DNA from: an uncultured archaeon
Lineage (GTDB): Archaea > Altiarchaeota > Altiarchaeia > JAFGQM01
Length of the DNA: 32,783 nt
Direction of reading: 5' to 3'
Assembly: GCA_964619365.1 (NCBI GenBank)
Contig: CAZUDQ010000005.1
Span: forward strand, 62,821 to 95,603
Shown: piece by piece, positions 7,212 to 15,162 of the stretch
Position numbering within the stretch: position 1 is the first letter of the stretch
How the letters are laid out: each line of letters starts with the position of its first letter
Program-made: the position numbers and the translations under genes
The notes under the pieces: model-generated
Databases searched by the model: none
Told to the model about the DNA's origin: nothing
The model's input: the letters and a program-made list of their open reading frames with translations, nothing else

Positions 7212-8936
7212 ATGCCTAAGGACGAGACACTCTTTAAGAACCTAAAGGAACACAGCATAGCAGAGTTTTTCAGGAAGAACTCACAGATGCTTGGCTACAG
7301 CGGCAAGATAAAGTCACTTACAACAGTAGTCCACGAACTCATGACAAACAGCCTTGATGCTTGTGAAGAGTCAAACATCCTCCCAGATATCACAGTCCAG
7401 GTCATGCAACCAGAAGAGGGATTAGTTGTTATTCGCTCAAAAGACAACGGCCCAGGTATTCCAAAGCAGCATATCTCAAGCGTATTTGGAAAGATGCTTG
7501 CAGGGACTAAATTCCACAGGAACATCCAGCTGCGGGGGCAACAAGGAATTGGTGTTGCAGGAGTCACGATGTTCTCACAGATGACAACCGGAAAGCCTGT
7601 TGAGATAATATCTGTTACAAAGCATACAGCTTGGGACATCGAACTCACAATAGATGTCAGAAAGAATACTGCAGATATTTCAAGCCAAAAGGAGCTTGAA
7701 CCTAAGCCCGAAGTTACAGGAGTCGAATACTTCGCTAATTTTAAGGACGTCCAATACTCAACAGGGGAGCAAGGCCCTTATGAATACCTAAGGAGGACTG
7801 CTCTTGCAAACCCGCACGCCCAGATAACTTATATCGACCCATCTGGGGCAAAAACAATATTTGAACGAACTTCAAATGCCATACCACCTAAACCAATAGA
7901 AGTAAAACCACATCCAAAGGGTGTGAGTGTTGATGACCTTATAATAATGTCAAAAACCAGCAAGAATCGTACGATTAAAGGTATGCTCCAAGACGACTTT
8001 GCGCGCATGAGCCCGAATAAAGCAAAGGAACTATCTGAGCTTGTCGATTTTAATATTGAAAAGCGTCCTGCAAGATTAAGCTGGGGGGAAGCCGAAAAAA
8101 TAGTCAAAGCATTTAAGAAAGTAAAGTTTCTCGCACCCCCGACAGACTGCTTAAGGCCTATAGGCCAGGAACGAATAGAAGCTGCGATGAAAAGCATTCT
8201 TGCCCCCGAGTTTTTAGCAGTAGTCGAAAGGCGGCCAACAGTATATGGTGGCGGCTACGCTTTTTTAGTCGAAGTCGGAGTTGCTTATGGCGGACACGCA
8301 GGAAGACGCCTTAGTTCTGGTGAAATGCGCTCTGAAATAATGAGATTTGCAAACAGGGCACCACTCCTCTTCGATACAGGAGGCTGTGGCATAACAAAGG
8401 CGGTTCGGGATGTTGACTGGAAAAGATACGGCCTAAAGAACTTTGACCAGCTTCCAGTAACGGTCTTTGTAAATCTGATATCTACTCACATACCTTATAC
8501 GGGAGCAGGAAAACAATCAATATCTGATTCGGACGATATCCAAAATGAGATACGACAAGCTCTAATGGATGTGTGTCGTAAATTCAATAAGTTCCACTCA
8601 CATCGAAGGAAGCTTGCAGAACATACCGCAAGGAAAAACAAGCTATTAAAATATGTCACTGAAATCTCAAATGCGCTTTCAGAGCTTTTGGGCAAGGATG
8701 AAAAAGAGATACGCACGTATTGGGAAAATCTTGTAGAGTCGGCAGTAGGTGAAACTATTGATGACCTTGAGTCAAAAGTCGCAGAGCAGGAAAAGGAAGC
8801 TGAAAAGAATGAGGGAGTCCTAAAAGAAACAGTTGAGGATGAAAACGGAAAGTCCAGCGTCGTTTACGACAGTGACGCAGACGAGTCTCCCCCAGAGAAT
8901 GGAGATGGAATATCAAGATTGTCTGATTATATGTGA
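7212..8936 (+). CDS. top6B: DNA topoisomerase VI subunit B
   Basis: [34 protein letters not shown] (GHKL ATPase), [17 protein letters not shown]. Confidence 0.97.
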   Translation: MPKDETLFKNLKEHSIAEFFRKNSQMLGYSGKIKSLTTVVHELMTNSLDACEESNILPDITVQVMQPEEGLVVIRSKDNGPGIPKQHISSVFGKMLAGTKFHRNIQLRGQQGIGVAGVTMFSQMTTGKPVEIISVTKHTAWDIELTIDVRKNTADISSQKELEPKPEVTGVEYFANFKDVQYSTGEQGPYEYLRRTALANPHAQITYIDPSGAKTIFERTSNAIPPKPIEVKPHPKGVSVDDLIIMSKTSKNRTIKGMLQDDFARMSPNKAKELSELVDFNIEKRPARLSWGEAEKIVKAFKKVKFLAPPTDCLRPIGQERIEAAMKSILAPEFLAVVERRPTVYGGGYAFLVEVGVAYGGHAGRRLSSGEMRSEIMRFANRAPLLFDTGGCGITKAVRDVDWKRYGLKNFDQLPVTVFVNLISTHIPYTGAGKQSISDSDDIQNEIRQALMDVCRKFNKFHSHRRKLAEHTARKNKLLKYVTEISNALSELLGKDEKEIRTYWENLVESAVGETIDDLESKVAEQEKEAEKNEGVLKETVEDENGKSSVVYDSDADESPPENGDGISRLSDYM

Positions 8937-10018
8937 AAATGAAGACTGAAGCCATTGTACAAAAAATCATAAAGCTCGGAGAGGAGCTTGAAGAACAGGT
9001 GGAGGCAGGAAGAAGCCCCGAAATTGTCATGCCGGCTAAAGGCCTTGGCAACGTTAGTTTTAACGAAGAGAAAAAACTTCTCCAACTTGGTGAGAAGACT
9101 ATGAGCAGGAACTTCCTTAATATCGCTCACTCACGCAAATTCATGCAGACAGTAATGATAGCAAATCTTTGCCGAAAGCTTGTCGAGAGTGAAAAACACG
9201 CATCTATCCGAGAAGTATATTATCAGCTCAAGCACACAATCGAAGGGGCAAAAGAGAACACTTTTGATGGACAAGAGGAATCCGACCCGATAATTGAAGA
9301 CCTTGAACGCAGCCTTAACATACTGCGCGAGCAGATGAATCTTACAGCAGACAGGCGCGGTTACATGTATGGAAATGTGAAAATAGTTGATGCGGGAGAT
9401 ACCATTAACTGCGCAAAACTCGGGCGAGGGGGATACGGCATACCGTCAACTGTTGAAGATATTGGATTTGCTGATATACAAGCTGATTTTGCTCTGGTAA
9501 TTGAAACGGCAGCCATGTATGAGCGCCTTATCGAAGAAAAGTTTGCAAAGAAGAATAACGCACTCCTTATAGCAACGCAAGGGCAGGCGGCACGCGGTGT
9601 AAGGCGCCTTATCCACAGGATTTCTAAGGAACAAAAACTCCCTGTTATTGTCTTTACAGATGGCGACCCTTATGGCTATTATATCTATTCTGTTATCAAG
9701 ATGGGTTCAATAAACCTTGCATACTTATCTGAGTCGCTGGGAACCCCGGATTGCAAGTTTATCGGCATGACAATGACTGATATCGAACACTATGGCCTTG
9801 AGAAAGTAACAGAACAACTAAAAGATCTTGACGTAAAAAGGATCAAAGAGGAAATGAGCTATCCCTGGTTTAAGAATAAGCGTTGGCAAACAGAACTAAA
9901 AAAGATGCTAAAAGGCGGGGTCAGAATAGAACAGCAGTCCCTTGCCAATAAAAGCCTTGATTTTGTCGCAAAAAAATACCTGCCAGAGAAGATTCAGACT
10001 GCAGATTTCCTCCCATAA
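8933..10018 (+). CDS. top6A: DNA topoisomerase VI subunit A
   Basis: SIREVYY with the catalytic Tyr, Q.ESD.IIEDLE, TOPRIM motifs VIET and TDGDPYG. Coupled to top6B. Alternative ATG at 8939. Confidence 0.97.
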   Translation: MKMKTEAIVQKIIKLGEELEEQVEAGRSPEIVMPAKGLGNVSFNEEKKLLQLGEKTMSRNFLNIAHSRKFMQTVMIANLCRKLVESEKHASIREVYYQLKHTIEGAKENTFDGQEESDPIIEDLERSLNILREQMNLTADRRGYMYGNVKIVDAGDTINCAKLGRGGYGIPSTVEDIGFADIQADFALVIETAAMYERLIEEKFAKKNNALLIATQGQAARGVRRLIHRISKEQKLPVIVFTDGDPYGYYIYSVIKMGSINLAYLSESLGTPDCKFIGMTMTDIEHYGLEKVTEQLKDLDVKRIKEEMSYPWFKNKRWQTELKKMLKGGVRIEQQSLANKSLDFVAKKYLPEKIQTADFLP

Positions 10019-10057
10019 TTTTTATTGAACGCCCAGTTATTAAACCAAGAATATAAA

Positions 10058-10318
10058 ATGGATGCTAAAAAACAGCTTGACAATATAGCAAAGATGCTAA
10101 AGGACGGCGGGTTCAAATTACTTGACGTGCAGTTTGAAGGCGGAATAGAGGCAACAGATAACCGTGTCGTTGCAGTCATCAATAAGATGGCAGAAAGTCA
10201 GCAGGCAATGGGTGTATTTAGGATATATTATGAAATAGACAAGGATAACCCCCCTCAAGTAATAGAGATTCCAGTAGGGCCAGTACCTGAAGAGGCCGCA
10301 CCAGAAGAAGGGCAATAA
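10058..10318 (+). CDS. Hypothetical protein with acidic/Pro tail
   Basis: 86 aa from ATG 10058, co-oriented after top6A. No recognised motif. Confidence 0.7.
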   Translation: MDAKKQLDNIAKMLKDGGFKLLDVQFEGGIEATDNRVVAVINKMAESQQAMGVFRIYYEIDKDNPPQVIEIPVGPVPEEAAPEEGQ

Positions 10319-10348
10319 GCCCTAATTTCGTTTATTTTATATCATTCT

Positions 10349-10379
10349 TTTTTATTCCCTACCCCTCAAATATCCCGCT
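10349..10379 (+). promoter_or_regulatory. Putative tRNA-Asn promoter: TTTTTAT-N11-CAAATATCCCGCT
   Basis: The same arrangement occurs upstream of tRNA-Asp. Confidence 0.65.
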
Positions 10380-10413
10380 TTAATATATTTACTTTTTTAT
10401 ATTAAGCCCTATT

Positions 10414-10486
10414 GCCTTGGTAGCTCAGTTGGTAGAGCAACTGGCTGTTAACCAGTAGGTCGCAGGTTCAAATCCTGCCCAAGGCG
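10414..10486 (+). tRNA. tRNA-Asn (GTT), no intron, CCA not encoded
   Basis: Acceptor stem GCCTTGG/CCAAGGC, D-arm GCTCAGTTGGTAGAGC, anticodon arm ACTGG-CTGTTAA-CCAGT, T-arm GCAGG-TTCAAAT-CCTGC. Confidence 0.97.
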
Positions 10487-10540
10487 CTTTATTCTTTCTT
10501 AATTTTTATTAATTTTTTATGTAATGTTAAGCATAATAAA

Positions 10541-11419
10541 ATGACACATAAATTCTGTACTAATTGTGGGGACGAGATTACTGACGACACTGCATTTTGT
10601 ACCGGTTGCGGACAGAAGATTGAGTGCGAAAGTGCTACAACAAAAGCAGAACCTGATGCAAGCGAAGCTAATGCAAACGCTCACGCTGTTGTCGGAAAGA
10701 AAATGACAGGGGCAACTGAAGGCGGTAAAGGAAGCCTTGAGTACTCTTTAACCGGCGAGTCCATGCAAAGCCTTAATATCACTATTAATCCAGGCCAGAA
10801 GGTCTATGCTGAGGCCGGAAAGATGATATATATGACAGATAACATCTCGATGACTGCAAAGGCGCGGGGTGGTCTTGGTGGGATGCTTAAGCGCGCAGTC
10901 GCCCAGGAAAGCGTCTTTATCACAGAGTTTGAGACTGTCGGAGGTGCAGGAATCACTGCCTTTGCAGGCTCTGCGCCAGGGAAGATACGACACATCGCAC
11001 TAAAACCTGGACAGGTTATCATGGCTCAAAAAGATGCTTTCTTATGCGCTGATGACTCAGTTGACTTTCAAGTCGCATTCACAAAGAAATTTGGTGCAGG
11101 ACTCCTCGGTGGAGAAGGTTTTATCCTTGAAAAACTCGTTGGTCCGGGAAGCCTCTTTATCCAAGGTGGGGGCGACTTTGTGGAATTCGACCTTAAAGCT
11201 GGAGAAACAATAAAGGTTGATACGGGCTGTCTTGTTGCTTTTGATGAATCTGTAGCTTATGACATACAACGCGCAGGAGGCCTTAAGACCTCATTTTTTG
11301 GGGGCGAAGGCTTTTTCCTGGCAAAGATGACTGGACCTGGTCGCGTGATAATACAGACTATGCCTCTTGCAAGGATGGCTCATGAACTTGCAAGCTATCT
11401 GCCAAAATCATCCAACTAA
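10541..11419 (+). CDS. TIGR00266/AIM24 family protein with N-terminal zinc ribbon
   Basis: FCTNCG..FCTGCG ribbon. VYAEAGKM, QKDAFLC, GGEGFIL, VDTGCLVAF, FFGGEGFF, GPGRV..QTMP. Confidence 0.9.
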   Translation: MTHKFCTNCGDEITDDTAFCTGCGQKIECESATTKAEPDASEANANAHAVVGKKMTGATEGGKGSLEYSLTGESMQSLNITINPGQKVYAEAGKMIYMTDNISMTAKARGGLGGMLKRAVAQESVFITEFETVGGAGITAFAGSAPGKIRHIALKPGQVIMAQKDAFLCADDSVDFQVAFTKKFGAGLLGGEGFILEKLVGPGSLFIQGGGDFVEFDLKAGETIKVDTGCLVAFDESVAYDIQRAGGLKTSFFGGEGFFLAKMTGPGRVIIQTMPLARMAHELASYLPKSSN

Positions 11420-11420
11420 A

Positions 11421-11723
11421 ATGACTAAGACCTGGCAGAAGCTTTTGGTTGCAGGAATCGGCTCGCTACTTGTATCCATTATATTCGCATTGTTGATAAC
11501 TGCAATTATTTTTGTGCCCTGGTGGAATGGAGCCGCCAGCTCCTGGGGACTGGGAGTATGGGTATTTGCAATTATTCTTACAATAGTGCTTTTCGCAATA
11601 GTCTTTGCCCTGCTTAGCATGGTTCTTTTCGGCTATTATTTCTTTACAAAAAAGACTGAGACAATAGATAAAACAGGCGCACCTTACAAGCAGGCAACAA
11701 GCATAAAGGACGGCTCGGGGTAA
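11421..11723 (+). CDS. Hypothetical two-TM membrane protein
   Basis: ATG 1 nt after the AIM24 stop. Two long hydrophobic helices. Confidence 0.75.
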   Translation: MTKTWQKLLVAGIGSLLVSIIFALLITAIIFVPWWNGAASSWGLGVWVFAIILTIVLFAIVFALLSMVLFGYYFFTKKTETIDKTGAPYKQATSIKDGSG

Positions 11724-13016
11724 TTACTCCTCTTCGTCTGAGAATGGGGATGGGGCAGTACTGTGACCATGTCGCTCGTCGTCTTCCTTTATCTTTCTTG
11801 CAATATACTTCATTGCAATCGGAGCGATTAGTATAGTCATCGCAATAAGGATTAATGTTGCTGAGAACAAAGTTTGGATTCCTCCAAGACCCATAGCTCC
11901 GCCGAATTTTGTGGGGTCGTGTTCGGCAAGACTGATAAGAGCCGTCATCACGATAAGTGTGACTTCACCATAAGGGAGCATTCCAATACCCATAAGAAGA
12001 GAGCGCCAATTGCCATATTTAAAGTATTTGCCGACTGCAAAGGCACAACCAATCTGAAGGGTGGCTATGACTGCAAGCATCATCAAGGCAAGACTCACCG
12101 ATTCTATGATATTTGAAAAGTTTATCATGGCACCAGCCACAACAAAGAAAAACGGGATAAAAAGACCGTATGAAACAGAGGATATCTTTTGGGTAAACGT
12201 TTCTGTTTCCAGTATTGATGAGCGGGAAAGTGCGATTCCTGCAAAAAAGGCGCCAATCATGACAGAAAGACCCAGCTCTTCGGCAAAGAAGGCAAGGAGT
12301 AACACTATTACAAAAACCAGTGTAAACTGCGCTTCTTCAACTCTTAGTTTAACCGCATAAAGCATGATGTAGGGCATCAGGTACTCTGCTATCACAAATA
12401 TCACGAAAAAGCCCACTATACCACCTAAGACAAACGCTATGTCCATGCCAACGTTACCTGAAGTAGAAGAGACGAGCCCCAGGACTACTGTTAACAATAT
12501 AAGGCCTGTGATATCATTTATTACTAAAGAACCAAGGATAGTTCGCCCCGGCTTTGAGTTTATCAGGTTACAATCAAGGAGGGATCTGACAGTAATACCC
12601 ATTGACGTTGCTGAAAGGGCGATTCCAAGCATGAGTGCAGACTCCATAGGATAACCCATTGACTGTGCCCACAAAACAACACCAATTAAAGGTACAAAAG
12701 AGCTTAATGCCGAGAGTGTGATTGAGACTTTTTTGTATTTGAGCATGCCTTTTATGTCAACATGTTCGAATCCTGCGACAAAGAGCAACATTATTATGCC
12801 GATTTCAGAAAGCAAGGTAAAAACCGGGTCAGAAGGGTTTGCAATAAGTCCTATTAGCATCGGCCCTAAGAGGATTCCTGTTGATATCTCACCAAGTATG
12901 CTTGGGATGCGTATGCGCTCACATAATTCCCCAAGAAGTTTTGCTACGATAAGTGTTACCGCTATAGCAAGCAAATAATAACCTGCTTCTATTGCGACAC
13001 CAGCTTCAGCGCTCAT
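11724..13016 (-). CDS. Cation:proton antiporter, CPA2 (NapA/KefB-like)
   Basis: IPSILGEI..GILLGP, LSEIGIIMLLFVAG.E, LSATSMGI, IGAFFAGI, FIPFFF. Confidence 0.9.
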   Translation of the reverse strand: MSAEAGVAIEAGYYLLAIAVTLIVAKLLGELCERIRIPSILGEISTGILLGPMLIGLIANPSDPVFTLLSEIGIIMLLFVAGFEHVDIKGMLKYKKVSITLSALSSFVPLIGVVLWAQSMGYPMESALMLGIALSATSMGITVRSLLDCNLINSKPGRTILGSLVINDITGLILLTVVLGLVSSTSGNVGMDIAFVLGGIVGFFVIFVIAEYLMPYIMLYAVKLRVEEAQFTLVFVIVLLLAFFAEELGLSVMIGAFFAGIALSRSSILETETFTQKISSVSYGLFIPFFFVVAGAMINFSNIIESVSLALMMLAVIATLQIGCAFAVGKYFKYGNWRSLLMGIGMLPYGEVTLIVMTALISLAEHDPTKFGGAMGLGGIQTLFSATLILIAMTILIAPIAMKYIARKIKEDDERHGHSTAPSPFSDEEE

Positions 13017-13459
13017 TTCTTAGATTCTATTTTCTTTTTCAGATAATGCAATATGTCAAGCTCCGAGACAAACCCGACAACACCCCTGCCATCAACAACC
13101 TCGAGTGTGCGCATGTCTGTTTCAAGCATAATCTTTGCGGCTTCGGCAACACTCATGTTTTCTTTGATTTTTATGTCGTGGGTGCGCATAATATCCCCCA
13201 CCACTTTTGCATCATGTTCTAAGAAATCCCTTATCCCAGTTGGACCAAGGACATGTTCTTCCCCCATCATCCTAGGAGGAACTGCCAGCTTTAAAATCTC
13301 GTGTTGATTTACCTCACCAATTATCCGTCCTTCCGCATTGGCAACTGGAAATACCATATCCGGCTCTGTTGTAAAAAGGGTTATCACTTTTGAGATAGAG
13401 TCTTTCTTTCTAAGTGTGACAAAATCAGTCCGCATAATTTCTTTTACAGTTGTGACCAT
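13013..13459 (-). CDS. CBS domain pair protein
   Basis: VKEIMRTD..FPV..GRIIGEV and VGDIMRT..LEVVD..VVGFVSELDIL. ATGA overlap with the antiporter. Confidence 0.9.
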   Translation of the reverse strand: MVTTVKEIMRTDFVTLRKKDSISKVITLFTTEPDMVFPVANAEGRIIGEVNQHEILKLAVPPRMMGEEHVLGPTGIRDFLEHDAKVVGDIMRTHDIKIKENMSVAEAAKIMLETDMRTLEVVDGRGVVGFVSELDILHYLKKKIESKK

Positions 13460-13515
13460 TTTTGGGAGGGATTAAAGTAAGAATAATTATGGGTGGGGAC
13501 ATAAAAAGCCAAAAA

Positions 13516-14175
13516 TTATTTATTATCCGGCTTTTTTGCAAGGATTTCAAGATGTGTCGCATCTTTTTTAAGCCATTGGCTGTACTCAGAAAACTCATCA
13601 TATTTTATAAATTTATACTCCGGGAGAAAATCATCCATTTCAGGTCTGGAAAACATATGGTGGGGAATATCGCCGTCTGGGGTTCCAAGACCTACAAATG
13701 TATCTTTTTCCAGCTCACGAGTCTCTTTTGTGCGTAGGTCCTTAAGGAAAGTTTTTGGGAGGCATATTGCAAAAAGGAAACCACCAGGTTTTAGCACCCT
13801 GTCAATCTCCTTAAAGAAGTCTTTGATATCATTATAATAGCCATGGTTAAGGACATTTACTGAGATTATCGCATCAAAAAAAGAATTCTCATATGGCAGT
13901 TTTTTTATGTTGGATTGTGTGGCAGAAATATTACAAATGCCTGATTTTTTTATATCATCCTGCAAGGTATCTAACGCCGAGTTCTCAAGGTCCACAGAAT
14001 AGACTTCAGCGACTTTACCTGCACAATAAAGCGAATGGCGCCCTTTGCCACAACCAAGGTCAAGAATGCGCATATCTGCTTTGAGGTAATCTTTTGCAAA
14101 AGCACATACTTTCTTATGTGGCTCGGCAACAGAGAGCTTTGAATGGAATTCCTTCCAATTAGAAACTTTGTTCAT
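13516..14175 (-). CDS. Class I SAM-dependent methyltransferase
   Basis: ILDLGCGKGRH, LPYENSFFDAII, RVLKPGG. ATG 14175 preferred over GTG 14190. Confidence 0.9.
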   Translation of the reverse strand: MNKVSNWKEFHSKLSVAEPHKKVCAFAKDYLKADMRILDLGCGKGRHSLYCAGKVAEVYSVDLENSALDTLQDDIKKSGICNISATQSNIKKLPYENSFFDAIISVNVLNHGYYNDIKDFFKEIDRVLKPGGFLFAICLPKTFLKDLRTKETRELEKDTFVGLGTPDGDIPHHMFSRPEMDDFLPEYKFIKYDEFSEYSQWLKKDATHLEILAKKPDNK

Positions 14176-14201
14176 TTTAATGACAACCACAACTTTTTAT
14201 A

Positions 14202-14930
14202 TCATGTAAGGAGCCTGATATAACGATGCTCACCTATTTGTTTCCACCCATAACGATTCATGAATTTTTCTGTCGTATTGGGATCAAAATCTGCTACCAG
14301 TTGTCTGAGCTGAGACTGTCGCGCATTTTCTTCTACTGCAGACATCATAAATGTGCAAAGTCCTTTTTTCCTATAATCATATCGTTTTATTGCATCAAGT
14401 GCTTCAAAACGTTCACTTGGCGGGAGTGCTAACTGTATTGGGGACTCTAGTTCATTATACATATGTATCTGTTCCTTATGCTTAAGCGCCTCTGGGGAAT
14501 GGGACGATTCTTTTTTCCGGGTGTGTCTTAATACGGCAAGATCACAAACAAAACTCCCGACATTAGCCTTATCCTTTAATACTACTTTTCCGACCTGTCG
14601 CTCTTTTCCTCGCCATAAGGAGTTTAAAGAATATTTCCCATACGGTCCATATCTGTATTCTTTAATAGCATTGCTCTGGCTCTTAGGGGTATCTTTGTGT
14701 CGCAAGACAATAACTCTGTCTTTTCTTGTGGGATCTTTGATTACCGCAAGCACCTTACCTGAGTCTGTCTTTAAAGGCGTTTCATGAGTTGTACCGGCAT
14801 GTTCTACGCGGATAACTCGTCCAGTTGTCTTGACACGTCTTACCGGGAGTAACAGATTAGATACTTTGGGATTCAGACGTATTGATGGTTTATCCGCAAT
14901 ATTGTGCTTCCAGGCTTTTGGTTTAGGCAT
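14202..14930 (-). CDS. Basic orphan protein with a C-terminal GNAT-like segment
   Basis: 242 aa, starts MPKPK. DYRKKGLCTFMMSAVEENAR resembles GNAT motif A, followed by FMNRYGWKQ. Confidence 0.6.
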   Translation of the reverse strand: MPKPKAWKHNIADKPSIRLNPKVSNLLLPVRRVKTTGRVIRVEHAGTTHETPLKTDSGKVLAVIKDPTRKDRVIVLRHKDTPKSQSNAIKEYRYGPYGKYSLNSLWRGKERQVGKVVLKDKANVGSFVCDLAVLRHTRKKESSHSPEALKHKEQIHMYNELESPIQLALPPSERFEALDAIKRYDYRKKGLCTFMMSAVEENARQSQLRQLVADFDPNTTEKFMNRYGWKQIGEHRYIRLLT

Positions 14931-14990
14931 GATGGCTTTGTTATATTCGCCTGTTAAATTTTAAAAAGTAGAAACTGCATTAAAAAAGAA

Positions 14991-15066
14991 TGGCGCCCTG
15001 GCCGGAATTCGAATCCGGGTCACGGCCTCGACAGGGCCGTATGATAGGCCTCTACACTACCAGGGC
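14991..15066 (-). tRNA. tRNA-Asp (GTC), CCA encoded, no intron
   Basis: Reverse complement GCCCTGGTAGTGTAGAGGCCTATCATACGGCCCTGTCGAGGCCGTGACCCGGATTCGAATTCCGGCCAGGGCGCCA folds as a cloverleaf with anticodon GTC. Confidence 0.96.
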
Positions 15067-15110
15067 AAAAAAAGTTACTTGCTTTGGCCTAAGGAAACGC
15101 CATAGGTTTT

Positions 15111-15141
15111 AGCGGGATATTTGCTGCTTTGGGTATAAAAA
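15111..15141 (-). promoter_or_regulatory. Putative tRNA-Asp promoter: TTTTTAT-N11-CAAATATCCCGCT
   Basis: Same motif and spacing as 10349-10379. Confidence 0.65.
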
Positions 15142-15162
15142 CTTACGTGTTAATTTCGCCTA

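Noticed and set aside
10414-15066. Integrated element between or next to the two tRNAs
   Set aside because: No integrase and no duplicated tRNA 3' end (att site) found by eye.
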